Positions 58,669-64,000 of a stretch of 64,000 nt of DNA are shown here, one piece after another. A program made the position numbers and the translations under genes. Source of the DNA: Burkholderiales bacterium (GTDB lineage Bacteria; Pseudomonadota; Gammaproteobacteria; Burkholderiales; Burkholderiaceae_C); NCBI GenBank assembly GCA_046317675.1, contig JBKCVH010000092.1, positions 1,101 through 65,100 on the forward strand. Reading direction: 5' to 3'. Below the pieces are notes generated by a model. That model did no database searches. It was not told the origin of the DNA and worked only from the letters and a program-made list of their open reading frames with translations. Each line of letters starts with the position of its first letter. Within the stretch, counting starts at the first letter, position 1.

Positions 58669-61600
58669 GTGACGCGCCTGACCCTGCTTGCCAGCCTTTT
58701 GGCCACTTCGTTCGCTGCCAGCCTCGCGCAGGCGGCACCTCAAGGCTTCTACCGCCAGCCCACGCTGCAAGGCGATGCCTTGGTCTTTGTGAGCCAAGGC
58801 GACCTCTGGCGCAGCAGTTCGCAAGGCGGTGCCGCCCAGCGCCTCACGGCCCATGCCGGGCAAGAAGCCTGGCCGGTGCTCATGCCCGACGGCCAAACGC
58901 TGGCCTTTGTGGCGCAGATCGACGGCGCCGGCGACGTGTACACCATGCCCCTCTCGGGCGGACCCGCCCAGCGCCGCACCTGGCTGACCAGCACCCAAGT
59001 GCGCCTCTGGGGTGCCGATGCGCAAGGCAACCTGCTGCTCACAGCGCCTGCCCTGGACGGCCGCCCGCAAACCCAGCCGTTTCGCCTCAAGGGCGAGCAA
59101 CTGGAAGCCCTGCCCGTGGGCGACGCCACCGACCTCGCCCTGAGCGCGGACGGCAAGCAGCTGTACTTCACCCGCCAAGGCTTGCGCGGCGACAACGCCA
59201 AGGCCTACCGGGGTGGGGCCATCGCCCAGCTCTGGGTGCTGGACCTGGACGGCCAAGCCGAAGCCCGGCCGCTGCTGCAAGGCGCACCGCGCGCCAACGA
59301 CAAGCGGCCTATGCCTTACCGCGATGCCAGTGGCCAAGCGCGCATCGCCTTCCCGAGCGACCGCGACGGCTTCGTCAACCTGTGGTCCGTTGGGCTGGAT
59401 GGGCGCAATAGCCGCGCGCACAGCGCCTGGAAAGACTTCGACATTCGCCACGCTTCGCTCAGCGGCAGCAGCGTGGTGGTGGCGCGTGGGGCCGACCTGC
59501 TTCGCATCGACCTGAACGCCGCCGCACCCGCTGCTCTGGCGGCCCTGCCCATCACGCTGGCGGGCGACCACAGTGCGGTGGCCACGCGCTGGATCAAACG
59601 CCCGCAGGACTTCCTCACCGACCTTGCCGTGGCCCCCAATGGCGAGCGCTTGGTGCTGGGCGTGCGGGGCCGCTTGGCCACGCAAGGCACCCAAGCCACC
59701 CGGCGTGCGCAACTGCAGCAAAGCGAGACGGCCTCGCGCTGCCGCGAGCCGCAGTTCAGCAGCAACAACCAGTCGGTGTTCGCCTTTTGCGACTTCAGTG
59801 GCGAGATGGAGATCTGGCAGCTGGACGCCCTCGGCACCTCGGCGCCCAAGCGCATCACCACCGACGGGCAGCTGCGCCGCATCGCCTTGAGCCCCTCGCC
59901 CGACGGGCGCTACCTGGCCCACACCGACATGGGCGGCACGCTGTACCTCACCGACCTTCGCGCCGAAGGCGGCCCCCGCACCCGCGCGCTGGTCACGGCC
60001 GAGCGCCGTGGCGGTGTCCAAGATTTGGCCTGGCACCCCGACGGTCAGGCCCTGGCCTTTACGCGCTCGGTGCCGCAGCCAGCCTTCCGCAACCAGCTGT
60101 GGCTGCACACCTTTGCCGACAACCAAACCCGCCCCCTGAGCAGCGACCGCTACGACAGCGGCGACGCCGCCTTCAGCCCCGACGGGCAATGGCTGTACTT
60201 CGCCTCGCGCCGTCACTTCGCCTTGCAGCCCGGCACCTCGGTTTGGTCCGACCGCAACATGGGCCCGGCCTTCGAGCCCGGCGTGAGGCTCTACGCGCTG
60301 GCGCTGCAGCCGGGTCTTCGCTCGCCCTTCACGCCCAAAGACGAATTGCCCGAGCCGCCCAAGCCGAAGGCTGAAGACGCCAAGCCCGAGGCCAAAGCCG
60401 ATGCCAAGCCCGACGCCAAGCCGGCCGTCGCCGCGCCGAGTTCCAAGCTGCCACGCATCGTGGCGGAGGGCTTGGCCGAGCGCCTGTACGAGCTGCCGGT
60501 TGCGCCGGGTCGCTACCGCGACTTGGCCGTTGACGCCAAGCGCGTTTGGTTCCTCGATGGCATGGGCGCCAGCACGGCGCTGCGCTCCATCGCCATCGAA
60601 CCCAACCCCACGGCAGAGCTGCACAGCGAACGCGTGCGCCGCTACGCGCTCAGCGGCAACGGCAAAACCCTGCTGATGCAGCGCGAGGCCGCGCCCGGCG
60701 CCGCCCCAGACATCTTGCTGCTCGACGCCACCCCCAAGCCGCCGGCCGACCTTGCCAAGTCCACCGTGCGCTGGAGCGACTGGCAAGTGGCGGTGAACCC
60801 GCGCGAAGAGTGGCAACAGCTCTTTGCCGATGCCTGGCGCATGAGCCGCGACCACTTCTACGACGCCAAGCTGCATGGCGTGGACTGGGTGGCCAGCCGC
60901 AAGCGCCACGAAGCCTTGCTGGAGCGCGTGGGCGACCGCCAAGAACTGGCCGAACTGATGGCCCAGATGGGCTCTGACCTCGGCCTGCTTCACAGCCAAG
61001 TGGCTGCCGGCGACTTGCCACCGCTGGCTGAAGCACCCCCGGTGGTGGCGGGCCTGGGCGCGCGCCTGGAGCCGGTGGAAGGCGGCGCTCGCATTGCGCA
61101 GCTCTACCGGGGCGAGGCCGAACTGGTCAGCGAGCGCGGACCCCTGCTCGCGCCCGGAATGGACTTTGCCGAGGGCGACGTGATCACCGCCATCAATGGC
61201 CGCGAACTGCGCGGCGCACTGGCCTGGCCCAAGGGCAGCGTGTTGTTGCAAGGCGAAGCCGGCAAAGCCGTTCGGCTCAGCGTTCGCAAAGCCGATGGCC
61301 GGCGCATGGAACGCGTGGTGACGGCGGTGGAAGCCAGCCGCGAAACGGCACTGCGCTACCAAGACTGGCGCACCCGCCGCGTGGAAGCGGTGAACCGCGC
61401 CAGCCAAGGCCGCATCGGCTACCTGCACTTGCGCGCCATGGGCCCTGAGGACATCGCCGACTTCGCCCGCAACTTCTACGCGCAACTCGACCGCGAAGCT
61501 TTGATCGTCGACGTGCGCTTCAACAACGGCGGCAACATCGACTCCTGGGTGCTCGACCGCCTGCTGCGCCGCGCCTGGATGTGGTGGCAAACCCGCCACC

Positions 61601-62025
61601 CCGCCGGCAGCCCGACCTATCCCAACATGCAGCACGCCTTCAGCGGGCCGCTGGCCGTCCTCATCAACGAGCAAACCTACAGCGACGGCGAAACCTTTGC
61701 CGAAGGCTTCAAGCGCTTGCAACTGGGCCCCGTCATTGGCAAAACCACGAGTGGCGCTGGCGTTTGGCTCAGCGACGGCAACCGCCTGATGGACAACGGC
61801 ATCTTGCGCGCCGCAGAAAGCGCGCAGATCGATGCCAACGGCCGCCGCTTGGTGGAAGGCGTGGGGGTGTTGCCCGATATGGAGGTGGACAACCCACCGC
61901 GCGCCACGGCCAAGGGCCAGGATGCGCAATTGGATGCGGCGGTGGCGCAGTTGCTCAAGCAACTGCCGGCCAGCACGCCCGCACAGCGCACGCCAAGCGC
62001 GCTGCCTTACCCGCCAACGCGCTGA
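58669..62025 (+). CDS. tricorn-protease homologue (beta-propellers, PDZ and S41 peptidase), exported
   Basis: GTG 58669 has AGGA 8 nt upstream, and ATG 58603 is an alternative start. The signal peptide is TRLTLLASLLATSFAASLAQA. TolB-like propeller repeats (PDGQTLAF, SADGKQLYF, SPDGRYLA, HPDGQALAF, SPDGQWLYF) are followed by a C-terminal S41 region (IVDVRFNNGGN, TYSDGETFA). Confidence 0.85.
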   Translation: MTRLTLLASLLATSFAASLAQAAPQGFYRQPTLQGDALVFVSQGDLWRSSSQGGAAQRLTAHAGQEAWPVLMPDGQTLAFVAQIDGAGDVYTMPLSGGPAQRRTWLTSTQVRLWGADAQGNLLLTAPALDGRPQTQPFRLKGEQLEALPVGDATDLALSADGKQLYFTRQGLRGDNAKAYRGGAIAQLWVLDLDGQAEARPLLQGAPRANDKRPMPYRDASGQARIAFPSDRDGFVNLWSVGLDGRNSRAHSAWKDFDIRHASLSGSSVVVARGADLLRIDLNAAAPAALAALPITLAGDHSAVATRWIKRPQDFLTDLAVAPNGERLVLGVRGRLATQGTQATRRAQLQQSETASRCREPQFSSNNQSVFAFCDFSGEMEIWQLDALGTSAPKRITTDGQLRRIALSPSPDGRYLAHTDMGGTLYLTDLRAEGGPRTRALVTAERRGGVQDLAWHPDGQALAFTRSVPQPAFRNQLWLHTFADNQTRPLSSDRYDSGDAAFSPDGQWLYFASRRHFALQPGTSVWSDRNMGPAFEPGVRLYALALQPGLRSPFTPKDELPEPPKPKAEDAKPEAKADAKPDAKPAVAAPSSKLPRIVAEGLAERLYELPVAPGRYRDLAVDAKRVWFLDGMGASTALRSIAIEPNPTAELHSERVRRYALSGNGKTLLMQREAAPGAAPDILLLDATPKPPADLAKSTVRWSDWQVAVNPREEWQQLFADAWRMSRDHFYDAKLHGVDWVASRKRHEALLERVGDRQELAELMAQMGSDLGLLHSQVAAGDLPPLAEAPPVVAGLGARLEPVEGGARIAQLYRGEAELVSERGPLLAPGMDFAEGDVITAINGRELRGALAWPKGSVLLQGEAGKAVRLSVRKADGRRMERVVTAVEASRETALRYQDWRTRRVEAVNRASQGRIGYLHLRAMGPEDIADFARNFYAQLDREALIVDVRFNNGGNIDSWVLDRLLRRAWMWWQTRHPAGSPTYPNMQHAFSGPLAVLINEQTYSDGETFAEGFKRLQLGPVIGKTTSGAGVWLSDGNRLMDNGILRAAESAQIDANGRRLVEGVGVLPDMEVDNPPRATAKGQDAQLDAAVAQLLKQLPASTPAQRTPSALPYPPTR

Positions 62026-62035
62026 AGCGGCCTCT

Positions 62036-62064
62036 GGGCAAAGCCGGGGCTTTCCCGGCTTTGC
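62036..62064 (+). terminator. 12-bp perfect hairpin after the tricorn gene (no U-tract)
   Basis: GGCAAAGCCGGG-GCTTT-CCCGGCTTTGCC is read directly. Confidence 0.45.
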
Positions 62065-62422
62065 CACAGCGGGAAATAAAAAGCAACCATCGCAAGGGCC
62101 AGGCGCATAGAATCTTTGCATTGCCGCGCCTTTGCTCTCTATCGCGGCACTTGTCGTCCGACAAGCCGCTGTAGTGCCGCCGACCCCCCAAACCGGCGCC
62201 TGCCCCAGCAGCCCTCCTTGGCCCTCTTCACGGGCCGCTCAGGCCGTCGACCTCACCCAGCGGCGAGCCTACCGGTCGGCCAAATTCCCTCAGCGCACGA
62301 CTCTTGCCCCAAGGCGACCTTGTGTCCGCCCTGATGCCGCATGCCGCTCTGTTGCGCCTGTGGCTTTTCCCTGCTTCACCTGTGCCTGCCGTCAAGACGG
62401 CGCGGCGCATTCCTGACTTCTG

Positions 62423-62656
62423 ATGATCACGATTCGAGAAAAAACATTCACCGTCGGCAAGTACCTGGTGTCCCCGCTCACGCGGGACACCGAGGCCGGC
62501 GAGTTCACCGCTGCGGTGTCCATCCGCAGCGGCAGTGGCCGTGCCATGCACGACCGCGTCTTCCAGTTCAAACCCCTGTTCCCCACGCGCGAAAGCGCGC
62601 GGCGCTATGCGGCCCGTGAGGGTGCGAGCTGGGTGATGTCCCCTTCGCGCCCTTGA
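62423..62656 (+). CDS. small hypothetical protein (77 aa)
   Basis: The ORF begins with ATG and has a balanced composition ([22 protein letters not shown]...). It ends 34 nt before the infA-like start. I recognise no family. Confidence 0.4.
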   Translation: MITIREKTFTVGKYLVSPLTRDTEAGEFTAAVSIRSGSGRAMHDRVFQFKPLFPTRESARRYAAREGASWVMSPSRP

Positions 62657-62690
62657 GCGCAAATCCCTTTCACCCCTCTTGGAGCCCAAT

Positions 62691-62960
62691 TTGGCCAAAG
62701 AAGAACTGATTGAAATGCGCGGCAAGGTCGAAGAAGTCCTGCCCGATTCCCGCTATCGCGTGAAGCTGGACAACGGTCACGGCTTGGTGGCCTACACGGC
62801 CGGCAAGATGCGCAAGCACCGCATCCGCATCCTGGCCGGGGACAACGTGTCGCTGGAGATGTCGCCCTATGACCTGAGCAAAGGCCGCATCACTTTCCGC
62901 CACATCGACGGTCGTGGACCCGGTCCGAGCTCCGGCCCGCGCCGTCCGCCGGCCCGCTGA
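62691..62960 (+). CDS. infA: translation initiation factor IF-1 paralogue with basic Pro/Gly-rich C-terminal tail
   Basis: TTG 62691 gives (M)[29 protein letters not shown]...[32 protein letters not shown], the S1-fold IF-1. An extra [16 protein letters not shown] tail follows. Confidence 0.85.
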   Translation: MAKEELIEMRGKVEEVLPDSRYRVKLDNGHGLVAYTAGKMRKHRIRILAGDNVSLEMSPYDLSKGRITFRHIDGRGPGPSSGPRRPPAR

Positions 62961-63033
62961 TGCGCCTTTTGCAGTACCCCGCAGCACCCGTTTTCCCTGG
63001 TTTCCCCTCCCTGTCTGAAGAAAGAAAAGTTCC

Positions 63034-63348
63034 ATGAGTACCAAGCTTTACGTCGGCAACCTGGCCTACAGCGTTCGCGATGAAGACCTGCAACAGCAGT
63101 TCGGCGCGCACGGTGCCGTCACCTCGGCCAAGGTCATGATGGACCGCGACACCGGTCGCTCCAAGGGCTTCGGCTTCGTCGAGATGGGCAGCCCGGCCGA
63201 AGCGCAAGCCGCCATCACCGCACTGCACGGCCAATCGGTCGGCGGCCGCGCGCTGGTGGTCAACGAAGCCCGTCCTAAGGAAGACCGTGGCTTCGGCGGC
63301 AGCGGTGGCGGCGGTGGTGGTTTCGGCGGCGGTCGCAACCGTTACTGA
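63034..63348 (+). CDS. RRM-type glycine-rich RNA-binding protein
   Basis: RNP2 is LYVGNL and RNP1 is KGFGFVEM. The C-terminus is GFGGSGGGGGGFGGGRNRY. Confidence 0.9.
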   Translation: MSTKLYVGNLAYSVRDEDLQQQFGAHGAVTSAKVMMDRDTGRSKGFGFVEMGSPAEAQAAITALHGQSVGGRALVVNEARPKEDRGFGGSGGGGGGFGGGRNRY

Positions 63349-63380
63349 TCGCAGGTCAGCACGCTGAGCGTGCTTTCCGA

Positions 63381-64000
63381 TCAAAGGGCGCTTGGCGCCC
63401 TTTTTTGCGCCTGAACACCGCCCGGTGGCAGCAATTCCAGGGCGCGCAGCGAGCGCTTCAAGGCTTCCTGCAGCGGTGTTTCGTGCAGCGTGTGCCCCAT
63501 GCCGGGCACATGGGGCAGGCGCTCGCGCAAGCGGCTGCCGTCCAGCGCATGCGGCCGCAGCCACAGGTAGCGCTGGGTCAGGATCTCTTTGAACAAGGGC
63601 ACGAAGGGCGCCATCAAGCGCATCGCCCACAAGGAATCGCTGCGCAGCTGCGGCTGCGGCCAACCCAGCTCCTGCGCTGCGGTGGCGATGGCCGCCAACA
63701 ACTCGGCGCCGGTCAGCGTATGACCCGGAAAGTGCAAGCGCTCGTGGGCCGGGCCATCGGCCGCCTCCGCCAAAGCCACCAAGGCACGCGCAAAGTCGGG
63801 CAGATAGGTCCAGGCATGCGGGACATCGAGTGGGCCTGGGTAGGTGATCCGGCCCTTGGCCAAATGCTTGACGATGAACAAGTCGAACCAATTGCCCTGC
63901 CCGTGACCATAGAAGTCGCCCGCGCGCAGCACGAGGCTGCGCAGGTCGCCGCGCGCGGCGCGCTCGGCCAGCTCGGCTTCTAGCTGCTGCCGAAGTTCGC
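63381..64000 (-). CDS. NAD-dependent epimerase/dehydratase (SDR)-family protein, C-terminal part; 5' end outside window
   Basis: The frame is open to the window edge (ELRQQLEAELAERAARGDLRSLVLRAGDFYG...). YGHGQGNWFD and PHAWTYLPDFARAL resemble the C-terminal substrate domain of extended SDRs. Confidence 0.6.
   Translation of the reverse strand, partial: ELRQQLEAELAERAARGDLRSLVLRAGDFYGHGQGNWFDLFIVKHLAKGRITYPGPLDVPHAWTYLPDFARALVALAEAADGPAHERLHFPGHTLTGAELLAAIATAAQELGWPQPQLRSDSLWAMRLMAPFVPLFKEILTQRYLWLRPHALDGSRLRERLPHVPGMGHTLHETPLQEALKRSLRALELLPPGGVQAQKRAPSAL
63383..63406 (+). terminator. rho-independent terminator (bidirectional shape) after the RRM gene
   Basis: AAAGGGCGC-TTG-GCGCCC is followed by TTTTTT. 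Confidence 0.75.

Noticed and set aside
58555-62121. Very long antisense ORFs opposite real genes. Examples are 58555..62121(-), 31140..33095(+), 47477..49372(+), 3232..4845(-), 4964..6337(+), 1470..2717(-) and 13477..15624(+).
   Set aside because: These are typical stop-codon-poor shadow frames of GC-rich DNA. Their translations are dominated by Arg/Ala/Gly/Pro/His runs with no recognisable motifs. The opposite strand encodes clearly homologous proteins in each case.
62116-62416. ORFs 62116..62334(+), 62132..62416(+) and 62228..62725(-) in the infA2 upstream region.
   Set aside because: Their translations are Pro/Arg/Ala/Cys-rich with no motifs, they overlap one another, and they have no SD. 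The region is treated as non-coding leader.

Overview
The window is GC-rich, densely coding chromosomal backbone. Gene content suggests a beta-proteobacterium of the Burkholderiales, but this is an inference from families such as the beta-type gshA, porin-glnK-amtB, the long IF-1 paralogue and an MHFG PEP-CTERM protein. I support about 57 protein-coding genes, one Mn2+ (yybP-ykoY) riboswitch, a sigma-54/NtrC control region, several intrinsic terminators and three coding tandem-repeat tracts. I found no rRNA, tRNA, CRISPR array, transposase, integrase or phage module, so this does not look like a mobile or defence island.

Main gene groups:
- A form-II CO-dehydrogenase-like coxS-L-M operon with an unusual accessory tail.
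- Two HAMP-GGDEF-EAL proteins, one paired with a membrane-tethered receiver.
- Glutathione genes gshA and gshB, separated by about 10.8 kb.
- porin-glnK-amtB, kup-benE, uvrA and comM.
- Many exported peptidases: S46, cyanophycinase, S9, M48, a tricorn homologue and two HExxH proteins.

The clearest anomaly seen directly in the sequence is a single in-frame TAG that splits an otherwise intact recQ. The other leads are modest:
- A MoxR-type ATPase with no VWA partner in the cox-like operon.
- A BenE reading frame whose conserved N-terminus precedes any canonical start codon.
- A K+ channel with a GLG selectivity filter.
- A SWIB protein with histone-H1-like repeats behind an AT-rich 13-bp palindrome.
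- A lipoprotein with a (GGTGGC)n poly-Gly tether.

I see no convincing evidence for a wholly new multi-gene system. All family assignments come from motif recognition in the translations and need HMM or BLAST confirmation.
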